Origin: Patescibacteria group bacterium
Lineage (GTDB): Bacteria; Patescibacteriota; Microgenomatia; UBA1406
Length of the DNA: 64,000 nt
NCBI GenBank assembly: GCA_041665145.1
Contig: JBAYJK010000002.1
Span: 104,339 to 168,338, forward strand
Direction of reading: 5' to 3'
Shown here piece after piece: positions 51,833 to 61,690 of the stretch (positions are counted from its first letter, which is position 1; each line of letters starts with the position of its first letter). The notes under the pieces were generated by a model. The model ran no database searches and had not been told where the DNA came from. It saw only the letters and a program-made list of their open reading frames with translations. Both the position numbers and the translations under genes were made by a program.

Positions 51833-53968
51833 ATGAATACTTTTGTTTTTGTCGTTGTTAACGCTCTGTTTGTTCTAACACCACTTATTTTTTCAACCCG
51901 TTCAAGCGAGCTGTTTGAATTCCCGAAGCTTCTTGTAATCTATTTCGGAGCAGCATTACTATTACCGCTTGTTATATATAAAGTATATTCAAATGTTAAT
52001 CGCGGATCACGGATCACGGATCGCGAGTCAAAGACATCAATTCCTCAAGACACTCAGACACTCAGACGCTCAGACGCGAGACGGGTTTTGATTTTTGCAA
52101 GTATTGGCTTGTTTTTTATCTCCCAATTACTTTCTACCTACTTTTCCATTGATCAGCACACATCCGTCTTTGGCTACTATTCGCGCTTTAACGGCGGAAT
52201 CCTTTCACTTGTTTCATACCTGATAATTTTTGCAAGTATCTACCTCTTTTTTTCGAAAGAACAGGTTGGAAGACTGCTGATTACCATATTTTTTGGCGGT
52301 GTATTAGTCGCACTTTGGGGCTTACCATCGCATTTTGGACATGATTTTATCTGTTTGCTGGCTCAAGGAAGTTTTAGTGTTTCGTGTTGGACCGCAGAGT
52401 TCTATCCGCCCGCTAGGATGTTCTCAACCCTCGGCCAACCGAATTGGTTTGCGACGTATTTATTGGTCTTGGCTTTCGTGAACCTTTATTTGTTAGCTAT
52501 AGGTTATAGGATAACGAACAAAATAAGTGATCAGGTTACAAGGAATATATATTTAATACTCTTCGCATTATTTAGCATAGAAATTCTTTGGACTAACTCA
52601 AAATCTGGAATGATAGCTTATATAGTATTAGTCCCGCTATTTTTTGCGACGCTTTTTATATTCAAAAAAAACTTTGCCGTTTCTATCCCAAAACGCATCC
52701 AATTCTTTGCACTGTTTACCTATATGGCAATCGGAGTACTATTTGCATTGCCATACAGCGGGAGAATAATTCAACAGTTTTCACCTCAAAAACCGAAAGT
52801 CACTACATCGACAACACCGCAAAAAGTGCAACAACCGGATGCCCAGCTCAACATAACACCGTCTACGGAAATTCGCAAAGTCGTATGGCAAGGAGCGTGG
52901 GAACTCGCGCTTCAAAACCCGTTTTTTGGAACAGGGGTTGAGACATTTGCTTATGCGTATAATTTCACTCGACCAATGGAACACAATAAATTTTCGGAGT
53001 GGGAGTTTGTCTACAATAAGGCACATAATGAGTTGCTTAATTTTGCCGCAACAAGCGGGTTTTTCGGTCTTGGAACCTATCTTCTGATGTTTGCTGCATT
53101 TCTTCTGCCTGCGGTGTTTTACTTTTTATCTTCAAAGACAAAAAGTATTCCGGGCGAAGTAACTTCGCCCCTACGAATTTTCTCACTTATGTATGTACTT
53201 GCAATGCTGGGAATATTTTTTATGAATCTTGTCGGGTTTTCTACAACCGTTTCAAGCCTTTTGTTTTATTCCCTACCCGCAATGTTTCTCATCATGACTC
53301 GTGACGAGCAACTCGTGACGAGCGACCAAAGAACAACAGGCAATAACCGTACTACCGACTCCGGTTCCTTCCTCCCCACTACTCCCTTCATATTATATGT
53401 ACTCTTTGTCGTGAGTAGTTTATTTTACTTTGCAAATTACTTTATGGCAGATTACTACTATGCCCGTGCAAAAGAGGCACGCCAAGCAAATGACACCGCA
53501 AGTGCCTATCAATATGGACAACAGGCAATAGATATCCGTCGCGAACCGGCATACGTGGATCAACAGTCATTTTTAAGCGCGAACATCGCCTCGTCGCTTA
53601 CCATGCAGAAAGACACAAAAAATGCTGAAGCAGTTGCGAAACAAGCAATACTTATGAATGAAGAAGTTCTTGAGGGATCGCCGAAAAATGTTTTTTACCT
53701 CAAAACATCAGCGAAAGTATATTACGTACTTGCGATGAATTATATTGATAATCAGACACGCTCAACCGAATATTTGAATAAAGCGATTCTGGCATTGCAA
53801 AGATCCATGGAACTCGCACCGACAGATCCCAAGATCCCATATACACTTGCAGCCATTATTGTAGACACAAAACCTGAGGAGGCCAAAAAGTTGTTAGAGC
53901 AAACCATTAGTTTAAAATCCGATTACACCCCGGCACATGAGTTACTCGAAAAAATTACTACACAGTAG
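51833..53968 (+). CDS. O-antigen ligase/polymerase-like (Wzy_C) membrane protein with C-terminal TPR repeats
   Basis: More than 10 TM helices. NKAHNELLNFAATSGFFGLGTYL matches H-N-x-x-L..E/S-x-G. C-terminal A/Y/L-rich TPR-like repeats. Confidence 0.65.
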   Translation: MNTFVFVVVNALFVLTPLIFSTRSSELFEFPKLLVIYFGAALLLPLVIYKVYSNVNRGSRITDRESKTSIPQDTQTLRRSDARRVLIFASIGLFFISQLLSTYFSIDQHTSVFGYYSRFNGGILSLVSYLIIFASIYLFFSKEQVGRLLITIFFGGVLVALWGLPSHFGHDFICLLAQGSFSVSCWTAEFYPPARMFSTLGQPNWFATYLLVLAFVNLYLLAIGYRITNKISDQVTRNIYLILFALFSIEILWTNSKSGMIAYIVLVPLFFATLFIFKKNFAVSIPKRIQFFALFTYMAIGVLFALPYSGRIIQQFSPQKPKVTTSTTPQKVQQPDAQLNITPSTEIRKVVWQGAWELALQNPFFGTGVETFAYAYNFTRPMEHNKFSEWEFVYNKAHNELLNFAATSGFFGLGTYLLMFAAFLLPAVFYFLSSKTKSIPGEVTSPLRIFSLMYVLAMLGIFFMNLVGFSTTVSSLLFYSLPAMFLIMTRDEQLVTSDQRTTGNNRTTDSGSFLPTTPFILYVLFVVSSLFYFANYFMADYYYARAKEARQANDTASAYQYGQQAIDIRREPAYVDQQSFLSANIASSLTMQKDTKNAEAVAKQAILMNEEVLEGSPKNVFYLKTSAKVYYVLAMNYIDNQTRSTEYLNKAILALQRSMELAPTDPKIPYTLAAIIVDTKPEEAKKLLEQTISLKSDYTPAHELLEKITTQ
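51998..52085. repeat. In-frame two-block repeat mini-insertion in the ligase-like gene
   Basis: AATCGCG GATCACG GATCACG GATCGCG AGTCAAA - spacer - GACACTCA GACACTCA GACGCTCA GACGCGA. Encodes GSRITDRESKTSIPQDTQTLRRSDARR. Confidence 0.75.
53296..53326. repeat. Second, oppositely oriented heptamer-type repeat in the same gene
   Basis: gactcgtgacgagcaactcgtgacgagcgac (14-mer actcgtgacgagc x2). Encodes TRDEQLVTSD. Confidence 0.55.
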
Positions 53969-55001
53969 CTTTACAGCATTATTGATTAGCATTGTCTTTC
54001 TTTCCGTGCACGTCGTTCGGGCGGAAGATGAAAAAGAATTCCCCACCCCAACTTGTTCTCCCCGGCCCGCATGTTTGGACCTTCCGCGATTTCCGTGCAA
54101 ACCACCGGAGCCGATTGGCGGATTTTGTCCTCCTACACCGACACTAACTGACAAACCAACCGAGACCCCTAAACCCAGTCCCACCACCACACCTACCCCA
54201 ACTCAAACGCCAATTCCAACATTAACACCTACCATTACGCTTACACCTACCGCAACACTCACCCCCACTCCTGCCTGTCCGAGAAAACCGGAGGGCGATG
54301 CTAATTGTGATAATGGTGTCGATCTTTTAGATTTTGAAATATGGAGACAGGAGTTTACCGCAGTAACTCCGCCCCCAATACTTAAATCCGATTTCAACCC
54401 CAATTTAAAAGCTGACCTCTTGGATTTTGAAATATGGAGACATACATTTACAATTCCCGCACCGACTGCAACACCAGAACCCTCAGCAACCTCAGTACCA
54501 ACAGCAACTCCAACACCAACTCCTCTTGTTTACTACCGTGTTTTTGTTTCAAGCCAATCACACGATGGAAATTTCGGCGGATTGGCAGGAGCAGACACAG
54601 CATGTCAACAACTTGCCGATGCGTCATCATACACATCTGGAGGAATATACAAAGCGTGGCTAAGTACATTAACCGTGGATTCAAAAAACCATATACGGCC
54701 AAACACTTCGAAACCATACAGTTTGGTTAATGGTACCCAGCTTGCCCCCAGTTGGTCAGCTATCAACGATACGTTAAGTGCGGCACCTAATATTACAGAG
54801 CAAAACGTAACAAACAATGGGTATACTGTCTGGACTGGATATTTTCAAATGCCTGGTTGTAACGACTGGACAAGTGCAGACTCTAGTTTAACAGGACAAC
54901 TTGGCATTATGACTGATGGCAGATATTGGACAAGCAACACAACTGGGTATCAGTATTGTAATTATCAACTTCCTTTTTATTGTTTTGAAACCGATCACTA
55001 G
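53937..55001 (+). CDS. Secreted protein: PT linker, dockerin-like double motif, C-terminal Cys-containing lectin-like domain
   Basis: Signal peptide. GDANCDNGVDLLDFEIWRQEF and ADLLDFEIWRHTF. C-terminal YYRVFVSSQSHDGNFGGLAGADTACQ..YKAWLS..LPFYCFE (DUF1554 / endostatin-like, by recollection). Confidence 0.5.
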   Translation: MSYSKKLLHSSFTALLISIVFLSVHVVRAEDEKEFPTPTCSPRPACLDLPRFPCKPPEPIGGFCPPTPTLTDKPTETPKPSPTTTPTPTQTPIPTLTPTITLTPTATLTPTPACPRKPEGDANCDNGVDLLDFEIWRQEFTAVTPPPILKSDFNPNLKADLLDFEIWRHTFTIPAPTATPEPSATSVPTATPTPTPLVYYRVFVSSQSHDGNFGGLAGADTACQQLADASSYTSGGIYKAWLSTLTVDSKNHIRPNTSKPYSLVNGTQLAPSWSAINDTLSAAPNITEQNVTNNGYTVWTGYFQMPGCNDWTSADSSLTGQLGIMTDGRYWTSNTTGYQYCNYQLPFYCFETDH

Positions 55002-55113
55002 CTTGAATTGATTAGTATGCATTCCAACCTTCAAAGCAGTGATTAATCACTCTTGATATTTGTTTTGATATTGCTATAGTTTAATGAGATTCGTGTAACA
55101 GCAACCTACGTAT

Positions 55114-58100
55114 ATGAAAAAAACTATTATTCTTTTCTCTTTACTTTTTGCACTGTCCGTACTTTTACCCAATAAAGCTTTAGCACTCGATAAATGGAAC
55201 TGTGGTCCTTATATGTGTTCTGGAGGTTGTGGTGACGGCGGTGTATCTGCATGTGGTTTTGATAATCACCAGTGCTGCTGTTCCAACGGGTGTATCGAAG
55301 ATGCCTGTTGGGACGATTCGGAGGCAGATAAAAATTCCTGTAACAACACACCGGCAAACACCCCAATTCCTACCGTTACGCCGACAAGAACTCCGACTCC
55401 AACCACACCCCCCGCACCCACACCTTCTGATCCGGTGGTAGTATACGGCAAAGACAAGGTGCTTTACAGCAATGGAGCAAATCAATTTATTCTTATGGAT
55501 ATAGATGGAACTAATGTTCAGACACTCTTCTCTGGAGCTTCTCTACTAGATAGAGATTATATGTTGTCTCCAAGACTTGATTATCTCGTAACCGGGAGTA
55601 AGCTCATTAAAATCCCAAGTGGGCAACAAATTTCGCTTAATACCGATATACCTACAAATAGCCTTGTTATGCTTGATATCTCTCCTGATGGAACGAAGAT
55701 AGCAATGGCTCGATATAACCAAATAAGTACAAAAACTGAACTACACATCTACAATAGCGACGGTGTCTTATTGAAACGGGTCCCAGATGAATACGTTATT
55801 AGCGCCCATTTTTCGCGAGATAGTAAAAAATTGGTAGCTTACACATACTATACAAACCGGTTATTTCTTATTAATTCGGATGGTACAGGTTTGCAGCAGC
55901 TTTCAACCTCAACGTGGCCCTCAACGAATAATGAATCGGCTCGTTTTTCACCCGACGGAACTAAACTCGTTTTTAGTGCAAATGAGGGACAAAATACAAG
56001 AAGCATATATTCATACAATCTTTCAACTAACATTCATACGCTTATTTTGAAATGTAATCCAGTGTCTTCAGGTAAAAACTACTGTATTAACCCAACCTAT
56101 TCTCCTGATGGCTCTAAAATTTTATTCGCAAGTGTAGATCCTCTCAATGAGACAAATCAATTTCTAAACGTTTTAACTGTGGGCACCAATACGGTCACTC
56201 AAGTTGCCACAATGCAATCAGTTATATTTCCCGACATGGGTTTTTCTTTCAACAAATCAGGAAGTTTAATAGTATACAGTGATGGCCACAACATACACAC
56301 AGTAAAACCAGATGGAACAGATAATAAAATAATTCATACAGGTTCTGTACAATTATGGAACCCGCTTGGACATAATTTTGTAGGAATTGAAACCTTTTAC
56401 GATTTTGCGCCCGTGGGTCTAGCCAGACTGGATGGTTCATCAACTAAATTAGAAGGTACTGTATTTGATGCAAATGTTAGCTCCATTATTCCCATCCGCA
56501 ATAGTACGTTTGAAGACGGTACTGTTCGCTGGTTTCGATCGAATGATATTAAAGCGGCAGATTTCCAGGCTTTTTCATGCACCACCTACCCGCCCTGCGG
56601 TACCGAGGATAAATTTTTGAAAGTAACATATCTTAATGACAATCTTGACAATAATGATCCATGGGTAGTATCAGATTGGGTTGACACTGGATCATGGGTA
56701 GCTGGATCGCGATATAAAATAAAATTCCTTGCGAAAAGTCATAGCAGCAATGTTCTTCCTTCTATCGGTATCCAACGGTATCCTAAAAACGGCGATTGGA
56801 CACTTGCTACCCCATACACATACGGAACTGTCGTGTTTCCCACGGGTGCACAATTTTCTCCAGGGCCGTCGTTTAAGGAGTTTACAGGAACTGTCCAATT
56901 TGACGCTCCAGCAGGATATGGTGAATCAAAAGTACGCGTTGTTCTTCGACCAGGGAAAAAACTTGACAATTCTGGTTGGGATACTCAACCGGTATATTAT
57001 GACAATGTAGTACTTGAGCAAACGTTCCCGGTGCTAACAAATGATGTTGCGGATAAACGGGTTCGCCTAGATATTTACGACGTCGGTGCAGATAAAACAC
57101 TCACTACGGGAGACACGCAGTTGATTCAGGTATACAGTACTGTTTCCGATGACGACTCAAATGGACAATTTAACTTCACTCTTCCCGCTTCGATTAAAGA
57201 TGGACAAAATCACTACCTACAAGTCTGGGCCATTAACAGAAATCCTGATGGCAATAGTTATGGAACGGTTAACGGGCAGTTTATACATAAAAATATAACG
57301 ATTGGAAAATATATTACTTTTAATTCGGCAACAATAACTCCCATTCCATCGGCTACACCCGCAGCAACATCCACGCCTACAACTGCCCCTCCCGCTCCTG
57401 CCTGCCCCGCTGGTATGCCCGCACGTTCGACCGGAAACGCAAATTGCGATAACAAGGTGGATCTCTTGGACTTTGAACAATGGAGACAGGAATTTAAAGG
57501 CACATTAACAACAAACCTTGCAGATTTCCAAGCTGATACACATGTAGATCTTTTGGATTTTGAAATCTGGAGGCACACATTTACAATTCCCGCACCAACG
57601 GCAACACCGACTCTGTCACCTACACCATTTGCTGCCGCATACTACAGAACTTTTGTAACGAGCGCAGATTACCCAAATGCGAATTTCGGTTCCATATCAG
57701 CAATTGATGCAAAATGCCAAACACTTGCAGATGCTACTCCTAATACAGCAGGTAGCATCTTTAAAGCTTGGGTCAGTACCACAACCATTGATGCAAAAGA
57801 CCATATAAAACCCAACTCATTCAAGCCCTATAAATTGGTTAACGGAACTCAAATTGCTTCTGACTGGAACGATCTAATTGACGGAACGCTTGCTGCACCG
57901 ATTAACTATACCGAAACAAATATTAAAAAAGATGCCAGTGGATATCGCTGGGCCTACACAGGAACCTCGAAATTTGGTACTATGGGTAAACTTGGAACCA
58001 CAGACGCAAACTGCGCTAACTGGACTAGCACTGCCGCAACTGATTATGTAGTGAACGGAGAAATCGGAGACCCAACGGGCTTTTGGTCAGATATTGGAGC

Positions 58101-59058
58101 AGTCCCTTGTGATAGGGTAACCGGACATGGACTATACTGTTTTGAAACTGATCGTCAAGGGCCAGACACTACTCCTATTACCTTACCTGAAATAGGTTGT
58201 GACTATCAAAGTTCATGGGGTACGTTAGGAAGTTCTAACGGGCAGTTTAGTTGGCCAAATCAAGTTGCTAAAGACTCTGACCACAATATTTTTGTTGTTG
58301 ACATGGATAACGCACGAATTCAGAAGTTTACTGCGAGTGGTGTTTATATTTCACAATTTGGAAGCAATGGAAACACAGATGGACAATTTGACCAGCCCTC
58401 CTCTATCGCTCTCGATAGCAGTGACAACATATACGTTGCTGATATGGGCAATCGACGAATACAAAAATTTGACAGCAACGGTAATTTTGTTAAAAAATGG
58501 AACACAGTAATCGATGCGTCGGATACACTTGACTACATTGATTCGGTTGCAATAGATTCATCTAACAACCTGTATGTTTCGGAAACAAAACGTAGTACAA
58601 ATGGTGGGAGAATTATCGTATATAACACAAACGGAGACTTCCAAAGAACGTTCGGAACCCCGGGAACCGGAGTTGGACAATTGAGCTGGCTCAACGGAAC
58701 AGCGGTTGATTCTAGTGGGAACTTCTATGTAGTAAACGTTCGTCATGTAGTAAACGTTCGTGATGACGTTTATGTTATGAAATATGCAAACAATGGAACA
58801 CTGCTTGCCGAATGGCCTACGCAAGCATCAACTATCGGAGGTATTGGACTGGATAATACTGGAAACATCTTTGGCGGCATGCCAAATGATAACCAGATTA
58901 GAAAGTTTTCACCTAATGGGACAATTCTCGGAACTTCTGGATCACCTGGAAACGCGCCGGGACAGTTCAATCGTGCAGGTGGACCCATGTTCGACGGCAC
59001 CACAGCATATATTGTCGATAGCGGAAACAATAGGATACAAAAGTATACTTGTAACTAA
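55114..59058 (+). CDS. Giant secreted multidomain surface protein (PD40/TolB-type propeller, CBM-like, dockerin-like, lectin-like, NHL repeats)
   Basis: Signal peptide. Repeats ISPDGTKIAM / FSRDSKKLVAY / FSPDGTKLVFSA / YSPDGSKILFAS. NANCDNKVDLLDFEQWRQEF..VDLLDFEIWRHTF. YYRTFVTSADY..KAWVS..GLYCFETD. Six NHL-like units (FVVDMDNARIQKF, YVADMGNRRIQKF, YIVDSGNNRIQKY). Confidence 0.6.
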   Translation: MKKTIILFSLLFALSVLLPNKALALDKWNCGPYMCSGGCGDGGVSACGFDNHQCCCSNGCIEDACWDDSEADKNSCNNTPANTPIPTVTPTRTPTPTTPPAPTPSDPVVVYGKDKVLYSNGANQFILMDIDGTNVQTLFSGASLLDRDYMLSPRLDYLVTGSKLIKIPSGQQISLNTDIPTNSLVMLDISPDGTKIAMARYNQISTKTELHIYNSDGVLLKRVPDEYVISAHFSRDSKKLVAYTYYTNRLFLINSDGTGLQQLSTSTWPSTNNESARFSPDGTKLVFSANEGQNTRSIYSYNLSTNIHTLILKCNPVSSGKNYCINPTYSPDGSKILFASVDPLNETNQFLNVLTVGTNTVTQVATMQSVIFPDMGFSFNKSGSLIVYSDGHNIHTVKPDGTDNKIIHTGSVQLWNPLGHNFVGIETFYDFAPVGLARLDGSSTKLEGTVFDANVSSIIPIRNSTFEDGTVRWFRSNDIKAADFQAFSCTTYPPCGTEDKFLKVTYLNDNLDNNDPWVVSDWVDTGSWVAGSRYKIKFLAKSHSSNVLPSIGIQRYPKNGDWTLATPYTYGTVVFPTGAQFSPGPSFKEFTGTVQFDAPAGYGESKVRVVLRPGKKLDNSGWDTQPVYYDNVVLEQTFPVLTNDVADKRVRLDIYDVGADKTLTTGDTQLIQVYSTVSDDDSNGQFNFTLPASIKDGQNHYLQVWAINRNPDGNSYGTVNGQFIHKNITIGKYITFNSATITPIPSATPAATSTPTTAPPAPACPAGMPARSTGNANCDNKVDLLDFEQWRQEFKGTLTTNLADFQADTHVDLLDFEIWRHTFTIPAPTATPTLSPTPFAAAYYRTFVTSADYPNANFGSISAIDAKCQTLADATPNTAGSIFKAWVSTTTIDAKDHIKPNSFKPYKLVNGTQIASDWNDLIDGTLAAPINYTETNIKKDASGYRWAYTGTSKFGTMGKLGTTDANCANWTSTAATDYVVNGEIGDPTGFWSDIGAVPCDRVTGHGLYCFETDRQGPDTTPITLPEIGCDYQSSWGTLGSSNGQFSWPNQVAKDSDHNIFVVDMDNARIQKFTASGVYISQFGSNGNTDGQFDQPSSIALDSSDNIYVADMGNRRIQKFDSNGNFVKKWNTVIDASDTLDYIDSVAIDSSNNLYVSETKRSTNGGRIIVYNTNGDFQRTFGTPGTGVGQLSWLNGTAVDSSGNFYVVNVRHVVNVRDDVYVMKYANNGTLLAEWPTQASTIGGIGLDNTGNIFGGMPNDNQIRKFSPNGTILGTSGSPGNAPGQFNRAGGPMFDGTTAYIVDSGNNRIQKYTCN

Positions 59059-59105
59059 AAACTGTTTTACTATAATGGTGTTAGTTGTATAAATAGATAT
59101 AGATT

Positions 59106-60401
59106 ATGAAACCCAACCTTATTAAAGTAGTAATTTTCTCCCTCATTGCACTTGTTATTGTCGGAGCCTCGTTCCTTTTTGCAACTCGCTACATATATAA
59201 AAGCAAAGCGGGTGTAAACGATATTCTGGTGCAATTGCAGCCAGCGTCCGTATCAACACCCGTCAATACTCCCTTCTCTATTGCTATTTGGTTGCAGGGT
59301 GACCCTTCGAAACTAATTTCAGCAGCGACAATTCCTATTCAATATGACCCAGCAAAAATTGAATACATTGCTCCCGATACGACAGATGCCGCATGTAATG
59401 CTATTGATACCCATGTAGCGCTCACTAATGCAGGTGGTCAAATTTCATGGAGCAAAGTCACGTTTAAGGCTGATGGTGATTTGCCATCCGGTCTATTCTG
59501 TTTTGGGAAGCTTCAATTTAAGCTTTTGTCAGGCGGTCAATCTAATATTATCTACTCGACCACTGGGACAGCGCAAGTTGTTGGTCCGGGAGGAGCGTTA
59601 AACTTGCTGGTAGATAACAATCATGCCTCAGTTCCTGTCGCAAACTTGCTGGGTGTCTCTCCGTCACTTACGCCAACTACCACACTCACACCAACGACTA
59701 CTCCGACGCCAACTGCTTGCACTATAGATAGTCAATGCTCAACGGGATATATCTGTAGCGATGAAGGTATTTGCGTAAGTACCATTACTCCTGCAGCAAC
59801 AGCAACACCCACACAGACACCAACCCCGTCACCCACTGACATTCCCAGCGCTGGCACACCAATATTGAACTTCAAGCTTAAATTACAGGGTGTACAGGCT
59901 CAGCCACTGGGAGCGGCAGAATTGTCTCTTCGTATTACCGTAGTGAAGAAAGACGGTTCATTCAGCAAAATCTTTCCCGACGTCACCGGAACCTTTAATG
60001 ACGGAGGAAATATTACCGGAACTCTTAATCTTGAGGGTGTTGCTGCCGGAAGCGGGTACAGGCTACTTATCAAAGGTCCGAAACATCTACAAAGAAAGTT
60101 CTGTGATTTGGTTCCGACTTCTACCGAAAACGGTGCATACATTTGTGGCGAAACAAGCTTTGCACTCGTAGCCGGCGCAAACGAGGCGAGTTTTGTAAAC
60201 GTTCCATTGCTTGTTGGCGATCTGCAACCGCAAGATGGCCTTCTGAATGCGTTTGATATAGCTCAGATGAATCTCAACATGCTAAGTGAAGAAGAAGATG
60301 CTTTGGACATTGCAGATGTAAACTATGACGGGATTGTTAATTCGACAGATTTCTCATTACTCATTCAGAGCATGATGCTTAAATATGATGAAGAACAATA
60401 A
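59106..60401 (+). CDS. Membrane-anchored protein with cohesin-like domain, PT linker and C-terminal dockerin
   Basis: N-terminal TM. FSIAIWLQGDPSKLISAATIPIQYDPAKIEYI. C-terminal GDLQPQDGLLNAFDIAQMNLNML and ADVNYDGIVNSTDFSLLIQSM (canonical dockerin repeat). Confidence 0.55.
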   Translation: MKPNLIKVVIFSLIALVIVGASFLFATRYIYKSKAGVNDILVQLQPASVSTPVNTPFSIAIWLQGDPSKLISAATIPIQYDPAKIEYIAPDTTDAACNAIDTHVALTNAGGQISWSKVTFKADGDLPSGLFCFGKLQFKLLSGGQSNIIYSTTGTAQVVGPGGALNLLVDNNHASVPVANLLGVSPSLTPTTTLTPTTTPTPTACTIDSQCSTGYICSDEGICVSTITPAATATPTQTPTPSPTDIPSAGTPILNFKLKLQGVQAQPLGAAELSLRITVVKKDGSFSKIFPDVTGTFNDGGNITGTLNLEGVAAGSGYRLLIKGPKHLQRKFCDLVPTSTENGAYICGETSFALVAGANEASFVNVPLLVGDLQPQDGLLNAFDIAQMNLNMLSEEEDALDIADVNYDGIVNSTDFSLLIQSMMLKYDEEQ

Positions 60402-60960
60402 AAATATTTTTTTGGTAGTCTTGGTTGCCATCACATTCGTGTTTTTGGGCATGGTTATATTCTTGGTTACTAAAAAATCCGTGACGCCGACAATTCAGGT
60501 CAGTAAGATCCCTGTCTCCCCTACGACTGCTGTCATGGGACCTGTTTCACTCTTACTTAAACCGGCCGGAAATATAGTGAACGGAACAACCTTTCCGATC
60601 GAAATTGAGTATACCGGACTGGAAAAAACCATAATTGCAAGCGATATACTGCTTACATTCGACACGACAAAACTTGAGTTCATCGGAGTTCAGAATGTTC
60701 ATGAGCAATATATGAATCCGCGCAAGCTTTTCGAGAATAATACGTTGATAGTTTCATTTATCCAAAAACCGACTTCTGTTAAGCCTGCATTCAGCACATC
60801 AATCGTTCTCGGACAGTTGTTGTTCAAAGCAAAACAAAGTGGGACAGCCACCATCAGTCCGATATTAAACAGCGGATCGAGATCTTCTCTTACCTTTATT
60901 GAAGGTAATCAATACAATCAACTCGGAAAAGCCAATGTAGTTGACATTGTAATAAAGTAA
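60385..60960 (+). CDS. Membrane-anchored cohesin-like protein
   Basis: N-terminal TM. GTTFPIEIEYTGLEKTIIASDILLTFDTTKLEFIGV..LGQLLFKAKQSGTATISP. Confidence 0.5.
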   Translation: MMKNNKNIFLVVLVAITFVFLGMVIFLVTKKSVTPTIQVSKIPVSPTTAVMGPVSLLLKPAGNIVNGTTFPIEIEYTGLEKTIIASDILLTFDTTKLEFIGVQNVHEQYMNPRKLFENNTLIVSFIQKPTSVKPAFSTSIVLGQLLFKAKQSGTATISPILNSGSRSSLTFIEGNQYNQLGKANVVDIVIK

Positions 60961-60985
60961 GCAATCTCTTATACTAAAAACTAGT

Positions 60986-61690
60986 ATGCGTGCACGACGT
61001 ATTTTTTTATATGCTTTTTGTTTTGTCATTCTCTCGATGTGGAGCTCTGTAGCTGCACAAAGCGTATCTGCTGCAACCATGCAGTTTTCTCCGAGTTCTG
61101 GTAGTTACAGCACGGGAACAGCCTTTCAAGTGCAGGTTATTGTGAACACACAAGGCGTAGACACAACAAGCTCGGATGCAGTCATTAAATATGACAGCGC
61201 TATTTTAGCTGTAGATTCGGTTTCTTATGGATCGTTGTACCCCACTGTTCTGCATAGCGTCCAGAATAATAAACTGTATATTTCGGGAATGGTCAGTAAC
61301 CCGGGAAGTGTCATCAACAGTTCAGGAACGCTTGCTACCATAAATTTTAAAGGGTTAACCGCATCTCCCGGAACCATTTCCTTTGATTGCACAACGGGTC
61401 AAACAAATGATTCGAACGTCACTAAAAATGATACTAATGCCACAGATATTCTTGATTGTTCGACGCTCGCCAGTGCGACATACACATTTAGCGGAAGCAC
61501 GATCAGCGTCACTCCCGGTCCGTCAGCAACTCCCGGAGCAGCTACCAGCACACCGACCCCGATCGGTACGACTGAGCCCGTACCAACTCAATTACCTGCA
61601 GCCGGTATCACTGATTTAGTTCCGCTTATACCCCGTCTGTTGATGGGTCTTCTGTTTTTGGTTATCGGACTTGTCCCTCTTTTGATATAA
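60986..61690 (+). CDS. Secreted cohesin-like protein with PT linker and C-terminal LPAAG plus hydrophobic tail
   Basis: Signal peptide. SGSYSTGTAFQVQVIVNTQGVDTTSSDAVIKYDSAILAVDSV..GTLATINFKGLTASPGTISF. LPAAGITDLVPLIPRLLMGLLFLVIGLVPLLI. Confidence 0.55.
   Translation: MRARRIFLYAFCFVILSMWSSVAAQSVSAATMQFSPSSGSYSTGTAFQVQVIVNTQGVDTTSSDAVIKYDSAILAVDSVSYGSLYPTVLHSVQNNKLYISGMVSNPGSVINSSGTLATINFKGLTASPGTISFDCTTGQTNDSNVTKNDTNATDILDCSTLASATYTFSGSTISVTPGPSATPGAATSTPTPIGTTEPVPTQLPAAGITDLVPLIPRLLMGLLFLVIGLVPLLI

Noticed and set aside
54170-54260. Pro/Thr-rich stretches (also 51320-51420, 55360-55430, 57340-57400, 59650-59720, 15880-16020) as DNA tandem repeats or mobile elements
   Set aside because: They are in-frame low-complexity PT linkers between folded domains of secreted proteins. 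They have degenerate codons and no fixed repeat unit.
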